In this document: in pieces, positions 49,901 through 63,620 of the stretch | Position numbering within the stretch: the stretch's first letter is position 1 | Layout: every line of letters begins with the position of its first letter | Source of the DNA: Squalus acanthias | Taxonomy: Eukaryota | Length of the DNA stretch: 64,000 bases | NCBI GenBank assembly: GCA_030390025.1 | Contig: CM059432.1 | Location: 131,752,001 to 131,816,000 of the forward strand | Direction of reading: 5' to 3' | Translations under genes and position numbers: made by a program | Notes under the pieces: model-generated | What the model saw: the letters and a program-made list of their open reading frames with translations, nothing else | The model's database searches: none | Told to the model about the DNA's origin: nothing

Positions 49901-51015
49901 ATTGAAGATGCTAACAAAAACGACTACAAAAATTGCTTACCTGTGGCCCTTCAGGAATCTGCTGCCACTTTAATTTGCTACAGGCTTTTAAATCCTGCAC
50001 CAGCTTTCCTCCCCACATGCCTACTGAGCACAATGGTCCTCTACATACCAGTAAGAGAGCCAAGTTACTTCATTTGATGGCAGAAAGGATCCCGACCCTC
50101 AATGACTGCATCAGGGGATAGTGACATAAAGTACTAAATCAGAAAGCTCAAACCGTTTTCAGTCACTTGTTTAAGAAGAGGGAGAGTCCCAATGCAAAGT
50201 TTCAGGTATCCTTAAGGATATTTTGGGAGGGGATATATTTTGGCAAACATCAAAACTTTCTCCTCAATAAAAGTTCCAATGCAATTCAGTCTCTGAGAGA
50301 AAGAAAACAGAATGATAAAAGATGCCCCAAAGTGCTTCATAGGCAGGCCATATCCAAACCCGCACCAAAACCCACTCACCCATCACCCTTGTGCATGCTG
50401 AACTACATTGGCTGCCAGTCCACCAATGCCTTGATTTTAAAATTCTAATCCTCATGTTCAAATCTCTCCATGACCTCACCTATCTCTGTAACCACCTCTA
50501 GTCCTACAACCCTCCAAGAACTTCCTCCAACTTTGGGGTGAAAGTTCGGTACCTTAGCGCCTCCCGTTAGTGCCAGCAGATGGCGGTAATGGGGTGCTGA
50601 TGCAGTAGCGCCGGGGCGAGGCGAATCCAGCGCCACATGGCAAATCCGCCCCCCCCCCCACCCCCTGTTGCGTCGCCAGGCATATCGTGACATCAGTGAG
50701 CGTGCGAAGCTCACTGGCTGCCCAATCTGCACAATTGATTGTCGCCACCTACGTTAGTGCCTCGACCAAACAGTGACAGGGAGAGCTGGCGTGAAGCAGC
50801 TGGAAGCCGTCTCCAGGGATGTTATTTAAAGGGATCATGAGTACTGAGTCGCAGCTGTACGTTAGTGGAGTTTCAGTGCTTTCTTGTCAGTTTCACATTG
50901 TGCAACAGTTTAATTCAGTAATTTAAAGGTTATTTTGTATCAGAAATGTTGCGGGAAATAAAAAGTAGCTACATTTATTCTTAAAAAAATCAAACTGCTA
51001 CACTTGGTTACATTA

Positions 51016-52157
51016 ATGGGGGCTGTACTGGCAGTCACCCTGGCCCTCCCGGATCTATGGCAGAGGGAGCGGAGGCAGCGAGAAAGACTGGAACATGTGA
51101 CCAGAGGGAGGAGGAGGGCCATCAGGGCTCTCAACAGGAGGCCTTACTCTCCGAGGGTATTCCGAGAGCACTTCTCCTACCTCCAGTTAAGCAAGGAGCA
51201 GTGTATTAGAAGGCTCTGCTTCACCAAGGAGGTGGTCACAGAACTCTGCCACCTCCTCCAACCAGACCTCCAGCCTCAGGTCAGGGCGACCACGGCTCTC
51301 AGTGGCAGTCAAGGTCACCATCTCCCTCAATTTCTTCGCCAGCGGATCCTTCCAGTCTGCAACAGGAGACATAGCTAACATCTCGCAGTTCGCCATCCAT
51401 CGCTGCATCCGGGAGGTCACAGAGGCTCTCTACAACAGGAGAAGGGAATACATTTCCTTCCCCCTCACCAGAGAGAAGCAGGATGAGCGTGCATGTGGCT
51501 TTGCCAGGATAGCGGGATCCCCCATGGTGCGGGGCACCATTGACTGCACCCACGTGGCTTTGTGAGTATCGCTTAACAATCCTGATATCTTCCGTAACCG
51601 CAAAGACTACCACTCACTTAATGGGCAGTTGGTGTGCGACCACAGAGAGCGAATCCTCAATGTCAATGCCCACTTTCCTGGCAGCAGCCACAATGCCTTC
51701 ATCCTGCGCCAGACACTCTTCCAGCCACCACGTCAATCTCGCAGCTGGCTGCTCGGAGACAAGGGCTATCCGCTCTCCACCTGGCTCATGACTCCCCTCT
51801 GCAACCCCAACAGTTCTGCCCTGCACTCATATAATGACAACCATGCTGCCACCAGGAACATCATCGAGCAGACCATCGGCCTGTTGAAGCAATGGTTCCA
51901 CTGCCTTGACCACTCGGGAGGATCCCTCCAGTACTCGGCTGAGCGGGTGTCGCATTTCATGGTGGTCTGCTGCATGCTCCACAACTTGGCCATCATGAGG
52001 GCCCAGCCCTTGCCACCAGGGATTGCGGGATCACCTCAGGAGGAGGAAGAGGGAGATGAGGAGGATGATGAGGAGGAGGAGGAGGAACAGGAGCGAGGGA
52101 GGAGACAGCCACTCTGGAAGGGCAGTCCATGACCACCTCATCAGACTGGGGTTCTAA
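51016..52157 (+). pseudogene. Harbinger (HARBI1-like) DDE transposase, disrupted
   Basis: LNFFASGSFQ, IDCTH, LGDKGY, IEQTIGLLK, CCMLHN; frameshift near 51300, in-frame TGA at 51563, frameshift near the 3' end. Confidence 0.9.
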
Positions 52158-52307
52158 TAAATTAAACCCCAGATCCCCGTTGCTCACCACATCCCCATCA
52201 TTCCACCCCTGTCACAGGCCATATCACAGCACAAAGCTGAAATGAGACAAACCACAAAAGAATCCAAACTGAATTAATAAATTTATCAATAATCAGTGAA
52301 CACATAT

Positions 52308-54218
52308 TTACACCAAAAATATTAACAATTCACCCTTGTGCAATCCCTTAGTGCCTCTTGTTACTGTGCCTTTGCCTATTCTAGTGCTCCTATGAAGTGT
52401 TGGCCCTGTGGCTGCAGCAGGGCTGGTGGAAGGCTGCTGAGTGTCTGTGCGGGAGACTTCAGATGGCCTTGCAGGATGCCCTCGACCAGCTCTGGGCCTG
52501 GAAGGCCCGGCTGTAGACTGCACCACCTCAGCATGGGCGGCAGAAGTCTGGGCTGGCTGGATGACAGACAGCGACAAGGGCAATGGCAGAATGGCAGTGG
52601 TGGGAGCAGGAATTCTGTCATCCTGAGAGAGGACAGCAGGCTCCTGCTCCACTGACCCACTGCCACTCCGCCAAGGCAGCACCTCAGCATCCCTAGCAAT
52701 CTGTTGGAGCACAGATTGCTGGCCTGCTGCGACACCATGAAAGCCCCGGTCGACGGTGGTAGACCCAGCCATGATGGCAGCAGTCAGAGCTTGCGTGGCA
52801 TCAAGCTGAGACTACATGAGAGCAGTTTGAGATTGGATGCCACCAAGCATAGACTGCATTACCGCACTAAGACGTTGCTTCGCTTCCACCTGTGCTGCAA
52901 TGGAAGCTGCCAGATTGCCCATCACATGGGCATCAGGTCTGGGTTGCCACGGTCTCTCTGGGAGTCTACCATTCTTTGCAGAGTGAAAATGATGGGCTCC
53001 ATGGTGTGCGCAGAGCCTTGTGCAATGTTGGTGGACTCCTCCACGCTCCTTACCATTGCTGAGAGGCTCTTGGGCACCCTTACCATTGCACCTATCATCT
53101 CCGTGTGCATGCCCATCACCCTTCTAAACGCCACTCCATCGAGGTCCTCATCTGAGTTCTGTGCAGCAGAACTCGCGCACAAACTCGCCCTCCGGGGAGC
53201 TGGACCCCGAGCTACCCATTCCCCCTGGTCTTGCTGCATCCCACTCGTCCCTGGTGCCTCACTCTGTGCAGATCCCACTATTATACTAGCCTCTAAAGAA
53301 CGTGTAGTGTCAGTATCTGAGCTGGTGCTTGCGGGTGAGACATGCAGTGATGCGGTGTGTTCTTTCTCCTCCTCTTCTCCCGCCTCGCTCTCTGTGATGC
53401 CCTCAGGGATAGGCTGCTCATGTGCTTGTTGATTATCTGAAAGCATAAAGGCACAAGAGTCGGGCTAAGATGAGGGGAGGGGGGCAGGAAGGGAGAAATG
53501 CGTGTATACAGCATGATTAGCTGGAAAGTGCAAAACGCTTGTGGGGTGAGGGGGAAGTGGGATATGTGAAGAAGGAATAGGGATGAACATACCGCTGTTG
53601 TCCCCAAGGGGGTCAACGTCACCGGTGGCCACGGCGCCCACCACTTGGCGCCCAATGATCTGCAGCACTCTATTCTCCAGTGCAGACAGTGGTTGGGTGT
53701 CGGCTTGTCCCCCGCCTGTGCGCTCCTGCTCCCTCCTGTTGTGAGCCACCTTGGCCTGCAAGAAAAAGGAAAGTGTGTGAATGAGTGTGGAGCAATGTGT
53801 TTGGGTGATGTGTCTGTCGTAGTTGAATAGCTGTCATTGTGTGCAAGATGTGAGATGTAGGTGTGAGTGTTGATAGGTAGAGATTGTTGGTGGGTGAGTG
53901 CTGGGGGTGTGGTGCTTTGGGCAGTGTATGAAGACTGTGGTTCAGATGGTGGTATGTAGTATTTGTTGAAGCATTGACTCACCCTGACCACCCGAGTGAT
54001 GTCGTTAAATTTCTTCACGCACTGTGTGTGGGTCCTGGGGACCACAGCACTGCCCGAGACGTGCTGCGCTACCTCCCTCCACGGAAGACTTACGGCGAGG
54101 TCTACCTGCCACATGCCAGGTAGAGCACCGCCCTCCGTCTCTCCACAGCGAACACCAACGCCTCCAATGCTTGGTTGCTGAATCTGCGGGCTCTCTCCCT
54201 GGGGTGTGGATCAGCCAT
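52308..54218 (-). pseudogene. Harbinger Myb/SANT-like DNA-binding gene, three exons, disrupted
   Basis: Exon 1 54218-53983 (RERARRFS..LEAL; WREVA..RT..QCVKKFND), exon 2 53755-53593 (AKVAHNRREQERTGGG), exon 3 from 53436; GT-AG introns. Confidence 0.82.
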
Positions 54219-54435
54219 GAGTACAGCTGCTTCTGTCATCCTGCTCCTTCTCCTTGACCTGCTGCTGCTTGCTGAGGCAGCTGCACAGCCAGCAATGCTG
54301 AGAATGAGGTTCTGCGCGTCAATGAATCTCCGCTTTATGAACTGGAAAAAGCCTGTCGCAATGATGACTTGCGATTAGATTGCACGCAATATTGGTCCAC
54401 CCTTTGAATGTAACACCAATGAGCTTGGGCTTCAA

Positions 54436-55318
54436 GGGGGAGAAATTCAGTATCACCCCATTTGGGGTGCAATTATCGGCCGGGCGCAAAGATTAGCGCC
54501 TGGCGCTAATTATCGCCATCGACTGCAAACTTGACTTTTATCGCCCCTGGAGGTGATTGGAGCGCTAAATCAGACGCTTCACACCTGTCTTAAGGCGCCA
54601 AGGCCGAGGAGCGAGGCGCTACCTCAGAGCGCTGGCGAAGCTCATGTGATGTCAGGCAGCAATGGAACACACACACAATGGCGTTGGCCAGTTCTTAAAG
54701 GGGAGGGTTGATCTTGCTTTCCATCCACATCCTGCTCATTGCAGCCTTGAATCTCGGCCTGGAGAGACCTGCACATCAAATCTGCTGGAAAGAACAATGG
54801 AGAGTACCAGGGAAAGAGCTCAGAGTGCAGCCCCCACAGTCTCTTCTAAATCGATACAAGGAAGGGCAAATCAAAATGAACCTGCTCAGTACCCAAAACT
54901 CCTTCTCACAGCGTGGAATCTCTCCAGATGTCTCTCTCTCTCTCTCTCAGAATGCGTGGTTCAAAAATATCACCAACAATAAAAGGCAGGAAGCGGTCGC
55001 CTTTAAATAGCGCTTCCCCAGTCCCTTCCTGACTGCAAAACGCTCCCCTCAACCTGTCGTTGCTAGCGGCAGGCGGTAAGGCAGGGGGCGCCACTCAATA
55101 CCCGCTCCGGGGCGATACCGGGGCGTTGCGCACTCGACTGACATCACGATCTGCCGGCGCAGGAGATCGTGCCGGTAGTGTTTAGTGCCGCCGCAAACTG
55201 TCTAGTTAATTTCGCGAGCGGCGCAAACATCGCCGCGCCCGGGCGCTAGATGCTTTGCGCCCCATTAGCGCCCTCTTAAGGCGCTAACTGGAGGTGCAAC
55301 CAACTGAATTTTTCCCCC
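54436..55318. mobile_element. GC-rich Harbinger-type MITE family B nested in the Harbinger
   Basis: 16-bp TIR GGGGGA(G/A)AAATTCAGT; TSD CAA/TAA. Confidence 0.88.
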
Positions 55319-56353
55319 TAAGACTTGAATTAGCGCTCCAATCATTTCTTTGAGCAGTGAGCATGAATTTTGCGTGCAATCTAAAGCATTAGTGCCTGGC
55401 GCTAATTCTCCAACTTTTCTAATTTTACCACCCATTCCTGGGCTATAATGAATTTCTAGCCCTTGGTCTCTTGCACATGCCGCACTTCCTTAGCCTTACT
55501 TTGTTGGCTGTGCCTTCAGCCTTCTCGGTCCTAACTTCTGAAATTCCCTCCCTAAACCTCTTCATCTCTCTCCTCCTTTAAGACCCTCCTTAAAACCTGT
55601 CTTTTTGAGCAAGCTTTCAGTCACCCTTCCCAATATCTCCTTCTTTGGCTCGATGTCAAATTTTGTCTGATTACGTTCTCGTGAAGCGCCTTGGGATGTT
55701 TTCCTAAATTAAATGTGCTATATAAATGTGAGCTGTTTTTATAGCCAATTAAACATTTTAAAGTGCAGTCACTGTTGTTTTGTAGGTAAACACGTCAGCC
55801 AATTTATGCACAGCAAGGTCCCACAAACAGCAATGAAATAAATGACTGGTGTGCTTGGGTGGTGTTGGTTGAGGGATATATGTTGGCCGGGACTCTTGGA
55901 GAATTCCCTTGCTATTGTCTGAGTAGTGCCATGGAATCTTTTACGTGAACAGGCAGACTTGGAACTTGGTTTAACATATCATCTGAAAACAGTAAAGAAA
56001 GATTAAGCCAGGCCACACCAAAGCAGTAGACAACCTTTCACGAATGTACCAGAGCCAGAATAGACAGACTGCCTATACTTTTAATATCCTAAAGGTGCAA
56101 ACAAAAGTCATCAAATCCCTATAACAAGAGTTACTGAATTAACTCTGTGCCCCTACACATCTAGGTTCTGCATATTAAATCCTATACTTGGAGGAATGCT
56201 GTGGGTAGTGGCAGCAACTTATCAAGCACCCTGGCCAAACTTGGTGTACCACTGAATGTAGGAACAGCTTAACCAGCCATGAGTGTTTGTAGCTTCAGTC
56301 AGAAATTCTGCTCTGTACATTAAGAATGAACCTTGGGATAAATATGGGCTTTA

Positions 56354-59300
56354 ACATAGAAACATAGAAACATAGAAGATAGGAGCAGGAGTAGGCCATT
56401 CGGCCCCTCGAGCCTGCTCCGCCATTCGATGAGATCATGGCTGATCATCCAAACACTGTACCCTGTACCTGCCTTCTCCCCATATCCCTTGATATCTTTA
56501 GCTTTAAGAAATATATCTAACTCATTCTTGAATATATTTAATGACTTGGCCTCAACTACCTTCTGTGGTAGAGAATTCCACAGGTTCACCACTCTCTGGG
56601 TGAAGAAATTCTTCCTCATTTCTGTCCTAAATGGCTTACCCCTTATCCTTAGATTATGACCCCTGGTTCTGGACTCTCCGACCATCGGGAACATTCTTCC
56701 TGCATCTAGTTTGTCCAGACCTGTCAGAATTTTATGTTTCGATGAGATCCCCTCTCATTCTTCTATACTCCAGCGAGTATAAGCCCAATCGACCCAATCT
56801 CTCCTCATATGTCATTCCTGCCATCCCAGGTATCAGCCTTGTGAATCTTTGCTGAACTCCTTCCATGGCAAGAACATCCTTCCTCAGATAAGGCGACCAA
56901 AACTGCACACAGTACTCAAGGTGTGGTCTCACCAAGGCCCTGTACAACTGCAGCAGGACATCCCTGTTCCTATACTCAAACCCTTTCGCTATGAAGGCCA
57001 ACATACCATTTGCCTTCTTCACCGCCTGCTGCACCTGCATGCTTACCTTCAGCGACTGGTGCACAAGGACACCCAGGTCTCGTTGCACTTCCCCTTCTCC
57101 CAATCTATTGCCATTCAGATAATAGTCTGCCTTTCTGTTTTTGACACCAAAGTGGATAACCTCGCATTTATCCATGTTATATTGCATCTGCCACGCTTCT
57201 GCCCACTCACCCAACCTGTCCAAATCATCCTGGAGTTTCTCGGTATCCTCCTCGCAGCACACACTCCCACCCAGCTTTGTGTCATCTGCAAACTTGGAGA
57301 TATTACATTCAGTTCCCTTATCTAGATCATTAATGTATATTGTAAATAGCTGGGGTCCAAGGACCGATCCCTGCGGTACCCCACTAGTCACTGCTTGCCA
57401 CTCGGAAAAAGACCCATTAATTCCTACTCTCTGCTTTCTGTCCGCCAACCAGTTCTCTATCCAAGTCAATACCTTGCCCCCAATCCCATGTGCCTTAACT
57501 TTACACGCTAATCTCTTATGCGGGACCTTATCGAAAGCCTTTTGAAAGTCCAAATACACCATATCTACTGGTTCTCCCTTATCTATTTTCCCAGTTACAT
57601 CCTCAAAAAATTCCAGTAGATTAGTCAAGCATGATTTACCTTTTGTAAATCCATGTTGACTTTGTCCGATCCTGTCACTGTTTTTCAAGTGCTCGGCTAT
57701 TACAACCTTTATAATGGACTCTAGCATTTTCCCCGCTACCGATGTCAGGCTTACCGGTCTGTAATTCCCTGCTTTCTCTCTACCACCCTTTTTGAATAGC
57801 GGGGTAACATTAGCTACCCTCCAATCCATGGGTACAGTTCCAGATTCCATCGAATGTTGGAAGATGATCAGCAATGCATCTACTATTTCTAGGGCCACTT
57901 CCTTAAGTACCCTAGGATGTAGATTATCAGGCCCTGGGGATTTATCGGCCTTCAATCCCGTCAATTTCCCTAACACCAAAAAACGCGCCAGAGCGGAAGA
58001 TTGGGAACAGTTTAAGATAGAGCAAAGGAGGGCAAAGGGCTTAATCAAGAAGGGCAAAATAGCTTACGAAAGCAAGCTGGCGGAAAATATAAAAACTAAC
58101 TCCAAAAGCTTTTATAAGTATATCAAGAGGAAAAGACTGGTGAAAACCAAAGTTGGTCCATTGCAGTCAGATACGGGGGAATATATAATGGGAAATAAGG
58201 AAATGGCAGACCAACTAAATGCATACTTTGGGTCAGTCTTTACGAAGGAAGACACAAAAAACCTCCCTGGGATATCGGGAAAAATAGGGACATTGGCAAA
58301 GGAGGAACTGACGCAAATCAATATCTCTAAGGATATGGTGTTAAGGAAGCTAAAGGGATTGAAGGCGGACAAATCCCCAGGGCCTGATAACATGCATCCT
58401 AGGGTACTGAAGGAGGTGGCCCTAGAGATAGCGGATGCACTAAGCATGATTTTTCAGAATTCATTAGACTCGGGAACAGTGCCCATGGATTGGAGGGTAG
58501 CTAACGTTACCCCACTATTCAAAAAGGGGGGTAGGGAAAAAGCAGGTAATTACAGACCTGTAAGCCTTACATCAGTTGTGGGCAAAATGCTGGAGTCCAT
58601 CATTAAGGATGAAATAGCCGAGCACTTAGCAAATGGGGACAGGATAGGACAGAGTCAACATGGATTTACAAAGGGTAAATCGTGCTTGACTAATCTATTG
58701 GAATTTTTTGAGGGAGTAACTGGTAAAATAGATGGGGGAGAGCCAGTAGATGTGGTGTACCTGGACTTCCAAAAGGCCTTCGATAAGGTCCCACATAAAA
58801 GATTAGCATGGAAAATTGAAGCTCATGGGATAAAGGGGAAAGTATTGACGTGGATAGAGAACTGGCTGTCAGATAGAAAACAGAGAGTTGGAATAAACGG
58901 CTCATTTTCTGAATGGCAGGCAGTAACAAGTGGGGTACCACAGGGATCTGTCCTGGGTCCCCAGCTGTTCACAATTTATATTAATGACCTGGATCAGGGA
59001 GTCGAATGCAGCATTTCCAAATTTGCAGACGACACTAAACTAGGAGGGGGGGGTGGGCTCAGAGGAGGAGACCAGGAAGCTCCAGAGCGATTTGGACAGA
59101 CTGGGTGATTGGGCGGATAAATGGCAGATGCACTATAATGTGGACAAGTGCGAAGTTATCCACCTTGGGTGCAGGAACGGGAGGGCAAATTATTATTTAA
59201 ATGGCAATAAATTGGGAGAGGGGGAAGTACAGAGAGACCTGGGTGTTCTTGTACACCAGTCACTGAAGGCGAGCATGCAGGTGCAACAGGCGGTCAAGAA

Positions 59301-61375
59301 GGCAAACGGTATGCTGGCCTTCATAGCAAAAGGGTTGGAATACAGGAACAGGGATACCTTGCTGCAGCTGTACAGGGCACTGGTGAGACCACACCTCGAG
59401 TACTGTGTACAGTTTTGGTCGCCTCATCTGAGGAAAGATGTTCTTGCCATGGAGGGGGTGCAGCGGCGATTCACCAGGCTGATACCAGGAATGGCGGGAT
59501 TGACCTATGAGGAGAGACTATGTAGTTTAGGGATGTACACACTGGAGTTTAGAAGATTGAGAGGGGACCTCATAGAAGTGTATAAAATTCTGACAGGTCT
59601 AGACAGATTAGATGCAGAAGGAATGTTTCCCTTGGCGGGTGAGAACAGAACTAGAGGACATAATTTAAGGATAAGGGCTAAACCATTTAGGACAGAAATG
59701 AGGGGGAATTTCTTCACTCAGAGAGTGGTGAACCTGTGGAACTCATTGCCACAGAGGGCAGTGTACGCCAGCTCATTAAATATATTTAAGAGGGAATTAG
59801 ATATATTTCTACAGGCAAAAGGGGTTAAGGGTTACGGAGAGAAGGCGGGGACGGGATACTGAATTGAAGGATCAGCCATGATCTCATTAAATGGCGGAGC
59901 AGGCTCGAAGGGCCGGATGGCCTACTCCTGCTCCTATCTTCTATGTATCTATGTACCATTTCCCTGCAAATACTGATTTCTTTCAGTTCCTCCCTTTCAT
60001 CAGACTGTATGTTCTCCAACATCTCTGGGAGGTTATTTGTGTCCTCCTTTGTGAAGACAGAACCAAAATATGCATTTAATTGGTCTGCCATTTCTTTGTT
60101 CCCCATTATAACTTCCCCCGCTTCTGACTGCAAGGGACCTACACTTGATTTCACTAATCTTTTTCTCTTCACATATCTATAAAAGCTCTTACAGTCAGTT
60201 TTTATGTTCCCAGCAAGCTTACTTTCATATTCTATTTTCCCCTTCTTAATTAATCCCTTTGTCCTCCTTTGTTGAATCCTAAACTGCTCCCAATCCTCAG
60301 GGTTACCGCTTTTTCTGGCCAATTTATATGCCCTCTCCTTGAATCTTACGCTATCCCTAATTTCCCTTGTTAGCCACGGTTGAGTCACCCTTTTTGTTTT
60401 ATTCTTATGCCACACGGGGATGAACAAATTCTGTAGTTCATCCATGCAGTCTTTGAATGTTTGCCATTGCCTATCCACCGTCAACCCTTTGAGTGACATT
60501 CTCCAATCAATCCTACCCAATTCGCGCCTCATACCATCGTAGTTTCCTTTATTTAAATTCAGGACCCTAGTCTCTGATTCAACTACTTCACTCTCCATCC
60601 TAATGAAGAATTCTATCATATTATGATCACTCTGACCCAAGGGGCCTCGTACAACAAGATTGCTAATTAATCCTTTCTCGTTACATAATACCCAGTCTAA
60701 GATGGCCTGATCTCTGGTTGGTTCCTCGACATATTGTTCCAGAAAACCATCCCGTAAACATTCTGGGAATTCCTCCTCCACAGTATTTTTACTAATTTGG
60801 TTAGCCCAATCTACATGTAAATTAAAGTCACCCATGATGACTGCTGTGCCCTTACTGCATTCTTCTCTAATTTCCCTTTTAATGCCGTCCCCAACCTCCG
60901 TATTACTGTTTGGAGGTCTATATACCACTCCCACTAACGTTTTCTGCCCCTTGTTATTTCTCAGTTGTACCCATACGGATTCCGCATGATCAGAGCTAAT
61001 ATCCTTCCTTTCAATTGTGTTAATCCCCTCTTTAACCAGCAATGCTACCCCACCTCCCTTTCTTTTTTGCCTATCTTTCCTAAATATTGAATAACCTTGG
61101 ATGTTGAGTTCCCAGCCTTGGCCACCCTGGAGCCATGTTTCTGTAATCCCAATCAAATCGTATTCATTTACCTCTATTTGCGCAGCTAATTCATCTACCT
61201 TGTTCCGAATGCTCCTTGCATTAAGACACAAAGCCTTCAGGCTTGTTTTTTTAACGCTCTCAGACCTATATGAATTATTATTTACTGTGACCATGTTTGA
61301 TTTAAACCGTTGAGTTCTTTGCCTTCTACTTTTGTTTTTCTCTTTCTTGTCTTTAGCTTTTATCCTTGTGTGAAG
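56354..61375 (-). mobile_element. CR1 LINE with almost complete ORF2 (EN+RT), split by an antisense CR1
   Basis: ORF 59825-61411 (CLNARS, GITETW, YRPP, GDFN, SDH) rejoins ORF 56732-58057 in frame as REMV-LGKL. Confidence 0.93.
57979..59954 (+). mobile_element. CR1 LINE, 5'-truncated, different subfamily, nested antisense
   Basis: RT ORFs 57792-59108 and 59053-59862; tail (CTATGTAT)n; TSD ACCA. Confidence 0.93.
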
Positions 61376-63029
61376 CATTACTCTATAGATAAACAGGGCT
61401 GAAGATCTCAAGAATGATTAGATATCTCAGAACAAGTCTAGTTGTTCTTTTATGGCATTCAACAGTTTGCAGGCCAGATCCATCAGATACTTAAAAAGTG
61501 CAAAGAAACACACACTTAGCTGTAAATACTATTGAAGTCCTGAAGATCATAGATTGTTTGGAGAATAAAGGTTCCTACAACTTTGTTGTTTAATTTATCA
61601 CTCATCAAAGGTGTGAAAGAATTTTAAAAATAAATATTTATATTCTTATGCAGTTTGAACAGATATCATATGAGTGCAAGAAGAAAGCGCTTCAAGAGGG
61701 TGGCTCACCACCACCTTCTCAAGGGCAATTAGGGATGGGCAATAAATGCTGGCCTTGCCAGCGACACCCACGTCCCATGAATGAATAAAGAAAATGCAAA
61801 GTTGGGTGCATAGGATCTATATATTACTTTCCAAAGCTCTCCATTTAACTTTTAAGGTGGTCTCTAGGCTCATCTGAAAATGTTTGGTCACCAAATCAGA
61901 ACCTCAGTGGCTTTCCAACTTTGGCTGCAGGAGCTAAATCATATTGTTGATGGCAGCAATAAAAAAAAGCACGTTTAAAAAAAAATAAAAAAAGATCTGT
62001 ATACTACACAATACAAGTCAAAAACTGCAACAGATTGTCTCTTAATTTTGTGTATGAATTTATTGAAATTTATTTGTTCTAATAACCAACTGTTCAAAAC
62101 CAAGTTATATGTACAATTCGATGCCAAGCTCCCAGTTGGTATTCAGGAAGACAGCCTAAGATGTTCCCTATTCTGTTTGGTGGCATATTGATGGTGCAGA
62201 GCAGATTCACCTTGATAGATTAATGCTCAGATATAAACTTGCGAGCAAGTCATAAGAGGATACTTACCCCAACCATTATCAGTTATTTTTATTTAAGTTG
62301 CTCTTCCTTTGAAAAAGCAATTTCCGTGTAATTTAACTGAAAAATATTTGTACCTTCATTGATAAGTCTCTCTGACAATGCAGAAGCCACAACTACCAGT
62401 GATGGATCACTAAATGGAATTTAAAATTACAGTCTTGGCATCTTAATGATATCGTGTGCACAAATGTGACGATTTAGGAAAAAATCTGTTTCCAGTACCT
62501 TTTCAGCTATTCTCCACGGGCTAATTGCTTTTAGCATAGTCAACTGTTTGAATAAAGACCAAAGTCTGTACAAGACTGTATGGTATTTCAAAATAACAAT
62601 CAGACTTCACTTTGATCACATAATTATCACATTCAGTTATGGACTGTTGTAGTTTGCCGATCAGGGTGACCTCAGATTTCAAATTGTTAATTTTCACAGG
62701 CAGTCAAAATAGTAAGGTTGGAATTTCATGAATACTGGATCTACTTCATGACGTTGTTTCCCACCTGTGGAGAGAATGCAGGTGAAAATAAATAAGTAAA
62801 GATAAAATCTTCAGCTGGCACAGGCATTCAAAACAAACTTTAATTATTTGTAGAATGGAAATATGTTTAGCATTTTCTCAGCTGCCCTTTTAATTTGTCG
62901 CTAAAGTATTTAAGTGCGGCACATAACCAAAAATATTCAGAACACACCATCGTGAGTCAGAAAATCACACATTAGACCATTACTAAAGGGAAGAAAGCTG
63001 CTAAAAGTAAGTTAAAACAAGAAAAACAG

Positions 63030-63620
63030 CTTGCATTTGTATAGCACCTTTAACATGGAAATACATCCCAAAGTGTATCACAGAGGCATGAAGGAACTGG
63101 ATGCTAAGTCAAAGGAGGAGTGTTCAAAGAGGAGGGAGGGGGGAGAGCCAGAAGGGTTTAAGGAGGGACTTCTAGAGCATACAACCTAGACAGCAGAAGG
63201 CACGGCTGCTAATGGTGCAGTGGGAGGAGGTTGTAGGGTTGGTGGAGGTTATGGGGATGGGAGACGTGAGAGCATGGAAGGACTTAAAGACAAGGACAAG
63301 AATTTTAAGTCTGAGGTGTTAAAGGACAGTAGATCAGTGAGGGCAGGATGATGAGAAGAACGCGACCTGGTGCAGAATAGGATACGATCAACATAGTTTG
63401 GTGTGAGTAGGAGTTTACGGAGGATGGGAGGCCAATAAGGAGAGTGTTGGAATTATCGAGTCTGGAGGTGGCAGCTGCGTGTATGAGGGTTTCAGTGACA
63501 GATGGGCTGAAGTAGGATAGGCAATGGGCGATGTTACAGAGATGGAAGTGGGTGGTCTTTGTGATGGAGACGATGTGGTGTCGGAATTTCAACTCACGGT
63601 TGAACAGGATTCTGGAGTGC
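63030..63620 (-). mobile_element. L2-clade LINE 3' fragment, degenerate
   Basis: ETLIHAAATSRLDNSN in ORF 63305-63622. Confidence 0.75.

Larger units (their letters stand above)
50536..55462 (+). mobile_element. Near full-length PIF/Harbinger transposon inserted in an L2 fragment
   Basis: Convergent transposase and Myb/SANT genes; TSD TTG; imperfect TIR; L2 3' sequence is continuous across 50385-50535 and 55463-55740. Confidence 0.88.

Noticed and set aside
51016..52157. Host HARBI1 gene
   Set aside because: Frameshifts and a stop, flanked by a TSD and paired with a Myb/SANT gene: a transposon copy
52704..53432. 242-aa plus-strand ORF
   Set aside because: Antisense shadow of the Harbinger Myb/SANT exon 3
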